DNA of 64,000 bases from assembly GCA_009377715.1 (NCBI GenBank), contig WHTN01000002.1:10554-74553 (forward strand). Direction: 5' to 3'. Made by a program: the position numbers and the translations under genes. Of the stretch, positions 56,487-64,000 are shown in pieces. The notes below the pieces were generated by a model. The model worked only from the letters and a program-made list of their open reading frames with translations. It ran no database searches and had not been told where the DNA came from. Numbering within the stretch: position 1 is the first letter of the stretch; each line of letters opens with the position of its first letter. The stretch comes from Dehalococcoidia bacterium. GTDB taxonomy: Bacteria; Chloroflexota; Dehalococcoidia; SM23-28-2; WHTN01.

Positions 56487-57922
56487 TGGTTTTGGCTTTC
56501 CGACGGCTTATCAGCCGTCTGCTCCGCGACTTTAACCAGCGCAAGCGAAAAGCCCGCGAGTATCCACAGAGTCAACGTGCTTCCAAACAGATTATGAAAA
56601 AGGGAGTTGACGGCGAAGGCTACGAGCGCCCCCATCCCCCCCAGCGCGATGCCCTTCAGCAACGGTTCCGAGAACGTGCGCAGAGCCAGGAGATAGTTAT
56701 ACCCGCTCTGTAGATAAAGCAGGATGTAGAAGACGAACGCTGCTGTGCCGAAAGCGCTCCACACATCGAGAAAGTCGTTGTGCGGCTCATACCTCCCTAG
56801 GACCCCAGTTGTCTGTTCCCCTGGCGACGTCGGAGTTTCCGGTTCGACGTACCTAGGGGAAATCCGCACGAACTGGTCGTAACCGATCCCTAGAATTGGA
56901 TAATCGAGTGCTATCTGCACAGCAGCAGACCAAAGCACCGGCCTCGCAGCCGCGCTTCCGCCATCTTCCTCTCCGGAGTACCTGTTCTCCGAGGATGCTG
57001 CCTGATACCAAAACACTAGGGCGCCCACCATAAGCAAGAGCAGCAAGTACTTCTGCACGGCACCCCGAAGCACGAACGACATCCCTATCGTTGCGCCTAA
57101 GGCGCTAAAGGCCCACGAACGCGTGAGGCTAAAGTAAAGGGCTGCCGCAAACAAAACTACTAAGATGGCTAGCGTGCGATTAAGGCGACCGCCCGTGCCT
57201 CTTACCAGCAAGATGCCGACCAGTGGGAAAAGCACGAGCATGAGATCGTTTGTTAGATAAATCGGGTTTTCCCCCAGGCCAAGCGAGCGCCCTTCCCAAT
57301 ATTCGAGGCCCGTTGGAATGATGCCGTTCGGCACAGAAGCAATCGATGGCGCGCCTGGAATTTGCTGCGCCACGGCGACAAGTGCGGAGATTGTAGCGAT
57401 CGCGAGCACAATTATGCTCACTTGCAATAAGTCTTCGCGATTCTTGACGACCAGAGGTATCGCCACTAGAATTACGAGACCGCAAATGATGAATCTTAGG
57501 AACTGAAAAAGCAACGCCTGCTCGACATTAATGAAGTTAGAAAGCGTCGCAACGACGATGAGCCCAACGCCAGTCAGGATCGTCATTTTGGCCCGCGAAC
57601 CCAACGTCTCGCCACGGGCGAACAACGGGATCGCGATAGTAATCGCTGCCATACTCATGAGGAGGCGACTGCTCATAGTGAAGGCACTCTGTTCTATGAC
57701 GAAGTTCCTTATACTAAACTCGGACAGCGCAATACCGCCCAGTAGCCACAGTGGATTGCGGAAGGCCATCGCGAAGAACGCGAACTCGGATATCAGGATG
57801 AGATGATCGACTCGCTGTGGCGTTCCTACGAACGGAATGGCCACCAGAGGCAGGAGCGGCAACCAGATCTGCGGCTTTATCTCTACCTTTGCAGGCGATA
57901 GAACTTCCACGCTACTCATCAA
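56471..57922 (-). CDS. O-antigen ligase/polymerase-like (Wzy_C domain) integral membrane protein
   Basis: About 12 TM segments with a large periplasmic loop. 483 aa. Confidence 0.65.
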   Translation of the reverse strand: MMSSVEVLSPAKVEIKPQIWLPLLPLVAIPFVGTPQRVDHLILISEFAFFAMAFRNPLWLLGGIALSEFSIRNFVIEQSAFTMSSRLLMSMAAITIAIPLFARGETLGSRAKMTILTGVGLIVVATLSNFINVEQALLFQFLRFIICGLVILVAIPLVVKNREDLLQVSIIVLAIATISALVAVAQQIPGAPSIASVPNGIIPTGLEYWEGRSLGLGENPIYLTNDLMLVLFPLVGILLVRGTGGRLNRTLAILVVLFAAALYFSLTRSWAFSALGATIGMSFVLRGAVQKYLLLLLMVGALVFWYQAASSENRYSGEEDGGSAAARPVLWSAAVQIALDYPILGIGYDQFVRISPRYVEPETPTSPGEQTTGVLGRYEPHNDFLDVWSAFGTAAFVFYILLYLQSGYNYLLALRTFSEPLLKGIALGGMGALVAFAVNSLFHNLFGSTLTLWILAGFSLALVKVAEQTADKPSESQNQWAAA

Positions 57923-58512
57923 ATTCTTTCAGCAGACGATTTAACTTCATCGCTTGGTTGTACATCCTCGGTGATCCGCATCACCGCCCGTTCCGACTGG
58001 GGCAGGGTTTCGAGAAGGACTTCTTTCAGGCGATCGCGGTCATTAGTTATGTCCGGTGCATAGTAGCCGCATTGCGTACTGACGCGCTCGACGTAGTCTT
58101 CGTATGAGCAGATGTACCGGGCGGGCACTCCGGCCACGATCGAATTATCTGGCACCGAACGAGTGACGACCGAAGCGGCGCCGATAACGCAGTTATCGCC
58201 TACGGCAACGCCGGGCATGATGATCGCCCGCTCCCCTATAAAGCAGTTGTTTCCGACCCGAATACGGCCGAAGCGCTGCAGTCCGGCGAATTCCGGCCGG
58301 TGACGAAATACCCAGGTTGCGCCGTCGTGGGTGACGAAGCTTACCTGGCTAGCTATAGTTACGTGGTCACCGATCTCGATGAGGTAAGGTTCACTACCGA
58401 AATCGGGCTTGCCGATGACCCGAACATCACGTCCGAGCTTAAGGCCAGCCTTGAGGTAAGAACTCAAGAGCCATCGATCGCGGAGTTCCGAGAGGACGCC
58501 GAAGAGACCCAT
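57919..58512 (-). CDS. Hexapeptide-repeat (left-handed beta-helix) acetyltransferase
   Basis: GDHVTIASQVSF...GNNCFIGERAIIMPGVAVGDNCVIGAASVV are hexapeptide repeats. The start is placed at the ATG overlapping the Wzx stop. The upstream part of track ORF 57919-58971 is Arg-rich and non-protein-like. Confidence 0.7.
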   Translation of the reverse strand: MGLFGVLSELRDRWLLSSYLKAGLKLGRDVRVIGKPDFGSEPYLIEIGDHVTIASQVSFVTHDGATWVFRHRPEFAGLQRFGRIRVGNNCFIGERAIIMPGVAVGDNCVIGAASVVTRSVPDNSIVAGVPARYICSYEDYVERVSTQCGYYAPDITNDRDRLKEVLLETLPQSERAVMRITEDVQPSDEVKSSAERI

Positions 58513-59909
58513 CACTCGGCCCCCACCGGTTCTGTCGTGGTTAGCAGTCGCCGCGCCCCTCGAAGCGAAGAAGAGATATCGGCCCTGTTGATTAAGAGCG
58601 TCTCCCATAACGATTGGCGTGTAACTCGCAAAAAGATAGAAAGCACCACAAGGGCGTGCGCGGCGTAGGCGCATACCGACGCGATCGCGGCGCCTTCTAT
58701 ACCTAACCAGGGGATCAGGAGGAAACCCAAAACGATAGTGAGAGGAAATGAGAGCACGCCCGCGTAAAGACTGGCCTCCGGCATGCCCCGACCTGCAAGA
58801 GCGCTGCTCAGGACTTTGTGGACTGTGTAAAAGATAGCCGAAGGAGCAAGGATATAGAACGCGGAGAGCCCCGGCAAAAACTGCTCGCCATACAGCAACT
58901 CGATAATAAAACGCCCCGCGATTAGCAAGCCTAGCACGCCCAAGATCGTGATGAAGAGTGCCCGGCGGCAAGTAACAGCCGCCGCTTGGGCATTCGACTG
59001 CAGGTCTAATGAAGCAGCCTTAGGGAAAAAGACCGCGCCCAGCGCAAAAGGTAATTGCCAGAGAAGTTCCGCCATACCGAAAGCTACCGTGTAATGCCCT
59101 AGCGCCGCTGTACCAGCGAATGCCGCGACTAAAGGGACGTCCAGCCGGTGATTAGAGGCTTGGAGTAGATATCCGAGATAAGTTCGCAAGCCAAAAGAAA
59201 GCTGAAGCTTGAAGATTTTGAAGTTGAATAGCAGCCTGAAACTTACGCGCGTAGCAAGCAATATCAGCGCCAAAACACTCGCTAGAGCCAACGCCACGAG
59301 CCAAACGATAAGAACGCCCTCGATCTCGATCGCGAAAGCCGCTATCGCCCCTACAACCAGTATCGAGCGTAAGGCAACGCTCGAGAACTCAACCAGGTTG
59401 TAGCCCACAATGCTGCCGCTGGCGATAAGTAAGTCGGCGATAAAAGCTAGCATGAGAAGGAGGGCGCTTCCTATAGCGAAGACGACAAAGTGAAGACTCC
59501 CCAGTTCGTCGGGCAGGAAAGCCGGCTGAACTGCGCCAAGAATGCTCATAAATACGGCCCAAATGGCGCTTATTAAAAAAAACCAGGTAAAGTTGTTTGA
59601 AGCGATCTGCTGAAGGGTAGCCTTATTCTGTCCAACCAGATAGATCCCTGCTTTAGATATTCCTAGTTCGGCAAATGCGGCGAAGAGCAAGGGGATGGTA
59701 ACGGCAAGACTGTAAACTCCGCGGTCGTGAGCGCCCAGGGCGCGCGCCACCACAATTCCCGCTAAAGCCGCTATAGCATAGCCACCCAAGTTCATGCCGA
59801 ACGTGAAAGCAGTCCCGGTCGCAACGTTCAGTTCCCTCGTGGGACCGTCTTTTATCGACTTAAGAAGCCCCAACAAGAACGTTCCGTCTCTCCTTATACC
59901 ACGCGACAA
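58512..59909 (-). CDS. Polysaccharide biosynthesis protein / oligosaccharide flippase (Wzx, MOP superfamily)
   Basis: About 12-14 TM segments. 465 aa. Confidence 0.75.
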   Translation of the reverse strand: MSRGIRRDGTFLLGLLKSIKDGPTRELNVATGTAFTFGMNLGGYAIAALAGIVVARALGAHDRGVYSLAVTIPLLFAAFAELGISKAGIYLVGQNKATLQQIASNNFTWFFLISAIWAVFMSILGAVQPAFLPDELGSLHFVVFAIGSALLLMLAFIADLLIASGSIVGYNLVEFSSVALRSILVVGAIAAFAIEIEGVLIVWLVALALASVLALILLATRVSFRLLFNFKIFKLQLSFGLRTYLGYLLQASNHRLDVPLVAAFAGTAALGHYTVAFGMAELLWQLPFALGAVFFPKAASLDLQSNAQAAAVTCRRALFITILGVLGLLIAGRFIIELLYGEQFLPGLSAFYILAPSAIFYTVHKVLSSALAGRGMPEASLYAGVLSFPLTIVLGFLLIPWLGIEGAAIASVCAYAAHALVVLSIFLRVTRQSLWETLLINRADISSSLRGARRLLTTTEPVGAE

Positions 59910-60876
59910 AATTGCTAATGCCTTCTTCTATTCCTACTTTCGGTTCGAATCCAAGGAGAGCCCCTGCCTTGCTAACATTTGCGAAGGTCGTGGTTGGCTC
60001 GCCCGGTTGGAGGGGTTGAAAGCTGATTCGCGCTTCCTTTCGGAGATTCCGCGCTATCAGTTCGATGACTGTTAAAACGTCGACCGGACTTGCGCCGCCC
60101 AGGTTGACCGCCTGGAATCCTACAAGCGTCCGCTCTGCCCCTGCCGCAACTCCATCGACGATGTCGGAGATATAGGTAAAATCGCGTTGCTGAAGACCGT
60201 CGCCGAACACGGGTATCTCGTCGCCCGCGTCGATCAGCTTGGTGAATTTATGAATGGCCATGTCGGGTCGCTGGCGCGGCCCGTAAACCGTGAAGAACCG
60301 CAGCGCCAGAATAGGCATATCGTAGAGACGCGAGTAGGTATAGCAGACCGCTTCGCCGGCGACCTTGCTCGCGCCGTAAGGCGATAGCGGCCGTAATGGC
60401 GTTACATCTTCAACGGCCGGGATTCCCTCGCTGTCGCCGTACACGGACGATGAGGAAGCGAAGATAAAACGCTCTACGCTCGAATTGCGACATGCCTGAA
60501 GAAGCGCGGCCGTTCCTTCCACGTTGATCTGGAAGTATGGCAGCGGCTCGGCGAGAGAGAGGCGAACACCCGGCCGCGCGGCCAGATGGATTACCGTATC
60601 GATGTTGTGACCGCTTAACACTGAGCGGATGATAGTCTCGTCGCGTATATCCGCTTGTACAAAGCGAGCCTGGGCTCCTGCCTCTTTAAGGTTGGATTGT
60701 TTAAATTCCGCATCATAGTACGTATCGAAGTTATCAAGACCTATTACCCTGTGGCCGTTATTAACTAGCCGCGGCACCAGATGCGACCCGATGAACCCTG
60801 CCGCACCTGTAACCAGAATGTTTCGCTTTACAGCACTCCCGTTTTCCATATGCTCAACCTCTATAAATGTCCACAC
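59860..60876 (-). CDS. NAD-dependent epimerase/dehydratase (UDP-sugar 4-epimerase, e.g. UDP-glucuronate 4-epimerase-like)
   Basis: VTGAAGFIGSHL Rossmann motif, YxxxK region. 338 aa. Confidence 0.85.
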   Translation of the reverse strand: MWTFIEVEHMENGSAVKRNILVTGAAGFIGSHLVPRLVNNGHRVIGLDNFDTYYDAEFKQSNLKEAGAQARFVQADIRDETIIRSVLSGHNIDTVIHLAARPGVRLSLAEPLPYFQINVEGTAALLQACRNSSVERFIFASSSSVYGDSEGIPAVEDVTPLRPLSPYGASKVAGEAVCYTYSRLYDMPILALRFFTVYGPRQRPDMAIHKFTKLIDAGDEIPVFGDGLQQRDFTYISDIVDGVAAGAERTLVGFQAVNLGGASPVDVLTVIELIARNLRKEARISFQPLQPGEPTTTFANVSKAGALLGFEPKVGIEEGISNFVAWYKERRNVLVGAS

Positions 60877-62224
60877 CCGCGACGAGCGTTATCTCCAACC
60901 GATCGAAGTCCTCAACTACGACCTCATGGGGAAACGAATCCAACTTTTTCAGGCTCTCCGCAAGAAACGGGTCGCCGCTGCAGGTCAACACTATATTTAA
61001 CTGGTCATCCGAAATCCGACTGACCTTGACCTGGCTGACCTCGGGTAAATTCATCAGTCTGCTGAATAAAGTTTCCATCGCTGCTACCTGCTTGAAAGGG
61101 TGGCCGGGGTGAACCACCAGCGTCTTCTGGAAAGCGGGAAACTTACTGATATTAAAGAAAGAAGTCTCAGGCTCTGCCATAACCTTGCGGTAAGCCGATA
61201 GCACATCGCCGGTAAGGGCATGACCATTTTGGCTCTTATTGTCGTGCATGCGTTCGGGCACTGGTGACTCGCCTTCCTCGGTCGCCGCTCCTGAAGATCG
61301 CCGTCTCCGGCGAATACCCTCGGCAGTGTTGGCGGATACCCACCCTAAAATCAACCCGCCAACCCCGCCGATAAGGACGCTCTCAGACATACCTAGCAGG
61401 GCTTCAGCGGTCTGCGAGACCGTCTCAACGCCGCTGACTATAAAAAGCGGCTGTCCAGCTCTGAGCACTTCGGCGTCGAATATCTGCTGATTCGAGGCGA
61501 TGCTCTGAAGTTCGGCCTCTAGCGCCTCGGCGCGTGCGTTGAGGAGCGCTAGTTCAGGGTTGCCGGTGAGCCTTGCGAGGTTTCGCATAATGTCAGTGAA
61601 AGCGCTGTTACCTTGTTGGATAAGCGAAGAAGGGCTGGCGCCTATCACGGACGGGTCTAATTGCCGCACAAGCACAAGCCGCCTTCCATAGACATCGTTA
61701 AGTTGGGTCACAAGGTCGGTAGTCCTTAGTGAATTGGCCACCGTCATACTATCTCGTATCCGTCGCTCTTCTGAGGCAGCTTCCTCTATTAGGAGATCGG
61801 TCGTCGTCTGCGTCAGCAGAGTCGCCTCTTCATTTGTTGCACCATCCGCCCGAACGGTGATCCGATAGATTTCTGGCTCAGACGTTACCTTGACCTTATC
61901 GGCCAGTTCAGTCTCCGAGATTACCAATCCTTTTTCAGCCAGTCGATCGTCGAGACGCGAGCGGAACTGAGGACTCTGCACTACTCCACCGATCGTTGTC
62001 GTATATCTAGCAAGAGGACCGTTTGCACTGCTTAATTCGTCGTTAGAGACGCCGCCCGCCGCCGAGATGAACCGGCTTACACCAAGTATGCTGCTGCTGT
62101 CATAGGAAGCGACGGTGGGGAGACTTCGGGGGATGACCAGGTAGCCAGCCGCAGCCCCGAGCAAACCGAATAGGGCGATCAACCAGAACCAGCGCCCGAT
62201 GATTTGCGAGCTACTTTCGGACAT
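60854..62224 (-). CDS. Polysaccharide chain-length determinant (Wzz/PCP-like) protein with extra C-terminal cytoplasmic domain
   Basis: N-terminal TM, about 280-aa periplasmic coiled region, second TM ([13 protein letters not shown]) followed by RRRRR, then a 130-aa C-terminal domain with no kinase Walker motifs. Confidence 0.6.
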   Translation of the reverse strand: MSESSSQIIGRWFWLIALFGLLGAAAGYLVIPRSLPTVASYDSSSILGVSRFISAAGGVSNDELSSANGPLARYTTTIGGVVQSPQFRSRLDDRLAEKGLVISETELADKVKVTSEPEIYRITVRADGATNEEATLLTQTTTDLLIEEAASEERRIRDSMTVANSLRTTDLVTQLNDVYGRRLVLVRQLDPSVIGASPSSLIQQGNSAFTDIMRNLARLTGNPELALLNARAEALEAELQSIASNQQIFDAEVLRAGQPLFIVSGVETVSQTAEALLGMSESVLIGGVGGLILGWVSANTAEGIRRRRRSSGAATEEGESPVPERMHDNKSQNGHALTGDVLSAYRKVMAEPETSFFNISKFPAFQKTLVVHPGHPFKQVAAMETLFSRLMNLPEVSQVKVSRISDDQLNIVLTCSGDPFLAESLKKLDSFPHEVVVEDFDRLEITLVAGVDIYRG

Positions 62225-63392
62225 TAGTTTCCTTTATTATGCTTGGACTAAAAAGGTCTCGCTGCGACTTTCGCCTATGGCGCTTCCCAACAACGAAATC
62301 GCCAATACATTGACGGATATAGCTGATTTGGTCCAGTGTCAGTTCAGGATACATAGGCAAGGAAAGGATGCTTTCACATATCGCTTCTGTGACGGGAAGG
62401 GAGCCGGGCTTATAACCCAGGTATTCGTACGCTTCTTGAAGGTGTACCGGTACGGGGTAGTGGATGCCGGTAGCGATACCGTGGGCTTTCAACCAGCGCT
62501 GCAGTTCGTCACGCTGCGCAGTCCTTATTACATATAGATGGTAGACATGTTTGGTATTTGGCAACTCTACCGGCGTGACTATGCCATCATCTAGGTCTGA
62601 CAACTGGCTGGTGTAATGCCGGGCCCAAGTTCGACGTCTTGCATTCCAGCGGTCTAAATGAGGGAGCTTCACCCGCAGGATGGCCGCTTGCATTTCGTCC
62701 AAACGCGAATTTAGTCCGATTAGCGTATGGCGATATTTTTCCTTGGCGCCGTGGTTGCGTAGCATTTGGATGCGGCTCGCCAGTTGGCGGTCTTTTGTGA
62801 CTACGATGCCACCTTCCCCGTACGCCCCCAGGTTTTTTGCGTAATAAAAACTAAAGGCGGCCGCGTCGCCCAGGCCCCCTGCGCGCGCGCCCTTGTATTC
62901 AGCACCATGGGCCTGGCAAGCGTCTTCAAGGACGAAGAGATTATGTTTCCTAGCGACAGCCATAATGGCGTCCATTTCGGCAGGATGGCCGTAAATATGG
63001 ACCGGCAAAATGGCTTTCGTCTTCGTCGTTATAGCTGCTTCAAGCTGGCTTATGTCCATGGTATAGGTTTCGAGATCGACATCGACGAACACAGGACGCG
63101 CACCGGTAAGTGCAATAACCTCTGCGGTGGCTGCAAAGGTGTGCGATACCGTAATGACTTCATCGCCCTTGCCGATGCCGGCGGCAAGCAGGCTTAAGTA
63201 CAAAGCATCGGTGCCCGAGCCGACCCCAATGGCGTGCGAAACGCCGCAGTACTGTGCAAACTCCTCTTCGAGATGAAAGACGTTTTCTCCCAGATAAAGG
63301 TTCATGCCTTTCAGCACTTGGGTAATTTGGGCGATGACTTCATCTTCTAAGGTCTGATACTGCAGCTTAAGGTCGACGAGCTCAATTTGCAT
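62211..63392 (-). CDS. DegT/DnrJ/EryC1/StrS family PLP-dependent sugar aminotransferase
   Basis: [34 protein letters not shown] (PLP-Lys region). 393 aa. Confidence 0.9.
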   Translation of the reverse strand: MQIELVDLKLQYQTLEDEVIAQITQVLKGMNLYLGENVFHLEEEFAQYCGVSHAIGVGSGTDALYLSLLAAGIGKGDEVITVSHTFAATAEVIALTGARPVFVDVDLETYTMDISQLEAAITTKTKAILPVHIYGHPAEMDAIMAVARKHNLFVLEDACQAHGAEYKGARAGGLGDAAAFSFYYAKNLGAYGEGGIVVTKDRQLASRIQMLRNHGAKEKYRHTLIGLNSRLDEMQAAILRVKLPHLDRWNARRRTWARHYTSQLSDLDDGIVTPVELPNTKHVYHLYVIRTAQRDELQRWLKAHGIATGIHYPVPVHLQEAYEYLGYKPGSLPVTEAICESILSLPMYPELTLDQISYIRQCIGDFVVGKRHRRKSQRDLFSPSIIKETNVRK

Positions 63393-64000
63393 TCTTAATC
63401 TCCCGGGCCACAGTCGCAGTTGTTAAGGCTTCCTCTTGTTTTTCGGAATCAAGAGAGGGAACGGTTAAGGATTCCATATTGCCACCCGTTTCGAGCGATT
63501 TTTGGAAAGCCTCAAGTATGCCCACTACCTGGAGGCCGTGTTTGCCGTCACTTAACGGCGTTTGTCCAGTATCGATGCACTGTAAAAAGTGTAGGCACTC
63601 TTCTTTCAGCGGTTCAGCGGAACTTATATGCGGTATCCGCACATCTCCGTAAGAGTAGGAAATATCGTAAGACGCCTCGTCCAACTCGTCCCGCGACGCG
63701 AGATTGACTTGCCTGTCGTAAATGCGGATTGCCTCTCCCATGGTTGTGTCGTCGTAAACCGCCATGCGCTGGCTACCCACTACAGTGAGCCGGCGTATCT
63801 TGGTGGGATCGAGCCAACTCACATGGATGTGAGCGAAGAGGCCGCCTGGGAAGGCAAGGTCAGCGTGCGCTATTTCGGACAGTTCGCCGTTGAAACAACC
63901 GATGCCTCTGGCCGCGGCTCCAATGGGTGTTTGACCCACAAGGTGCAATATTATCGCTATGTCATGCGGGGCGAGGTCCCAAAGGACATCTACATCCTGC
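63382..64000 (-). CDS. Gfo/Idh/MocA family oxidoreductase, C-terminal part (N-terminus beyond the window end)
   Basis: C-terminal alpha/beta domain typical of UDP-sugar 3-dehydrogenases (WbpB-like). The ORF is open to the window edge. Confidence 0.7.
   Translation of the reverse strand, partial: QDVDVLWDLAPHDIAIILHLVGQTPIGAAARGIGCFNGELSEIAHADLAFPGGLFAHIHVSWLDPTKIRRLTVVGSQRMAVYDDTTMGEAIRIYDRQVNLASRDELDEASYDISYSYGDVRIPHISSAEPLKEECLHFLQCIDTGQTPLSDGKHGLQVVGILEAFQKSLETGGNMESLTVPSLDSEKQEEALTTATVAREIKNAN

Noticed and set aside
57919-58971. Full 350-aa track ORF for the acetyltransferase
   Set aside because: The N-terminal 150 residues are Arg-rich junk overlapping the Wzx gene in another frame. 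I start the gene at the ATG at 58510-58512, which overlaps the Wzx stop.

Overview
This is a high-GC (about 60%) bacterial chromosomal window. The Tat-lipoprotein solute-binding proteins, Pro-Thr linker surface proteins and GTAG-palindrome repeats resemble Chloroflexota or Actinomycetota genomes, but I cannot fix the taxonomy from sequence alone. I see no rRNA, tRNA or CRISPR array.

Gene content from left to right:
- 1-1442: a low-GC partial ORF of unknown function, open to the window edge.
- 1353-5104: small stress and detoxification genes (VOC, SRPBCC and ArsR), then a NahAc-type Rieske oxygenase alpha subunit next to a DapA-family (NahE-like) aldolase. No beta subunit or electron-transfer genes sit beside them.
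- 5243-8680: two tandem paralogous family-5 ABC substrate-binding lipoproteins with no permease or ATPase genes nearby.
- 8828-10039: an MFS transporter gene carrying an in-frame TGA.
- 10232-18322: a zinc-ribbon protein, a PPOX-family protein, an aldo-keto reductase, a DUF1932-like NAD(P)-binding protein, an MFS exporter, a 668-aa VWA protein and an OsmC-family protein.
- 18319-20389: a uracil-DNA glycosylase, then a second, frameshifted Rieske alpha paralog.
- 20390-23523: a 600-bp repeat-rich non-coding island and two secreted Pro-Thr-repeat proteins; the first carries an in-frame TAG.
- 23602-35103: a CAP/SCP protein, a second MFS, two SDR oxidoreductases, an amidohydrolase, an S2P/M50 protease with CBS domains, MscS, PcrA/UvrD, an ECF41-type sigma factor with a TGTCACA-N16-CGTC element upstream, and a VOC protein.
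- 35229-46081: a frameshifted TsaA/TrmO gene, Maf, an RlmD-like methyltransferase, a ferredoxin-reductase-type flavoprotein, LapA-like protein, Alr, HIT, DtxR and LipB, a coiled-coil protein and a YgiT-type zinc-finger protein.
- 46116-64000: an 18-kb surface-glycan locus. It starts with an Asp-less OmpR-type regulator, an ATP-grasp enzyme and a HAD-polysaccharide deacetylase fusion. Downstream on the minus strand are a beta-helix protein, a methyltransferase, a FemAB-like protein, three GT4 transferases and an acetyltransferase. The locus ends with Wzy-like, Wzx and Wzz-like proteins, an epimerase, a DegT aminotransferase and a partial Gfo/Idh/MocA oxidoreductase.

Non-coding features are frequent. 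There are at least three interspersed repeat families and one MITE-like element. I also found several intrinsic terminators and sigma70-like promoters.

Four genes in this window carry frameshifts or nonsense codons, which points to gene decay or consensus sequencing errors.

The candidates I would check first are the orphan Rieske-aldolase-SBP module with its operator-like palindrome, the shared C-terminal tail of the two PT-repeat proteins, the atypical glycan locus, and the repeat families.
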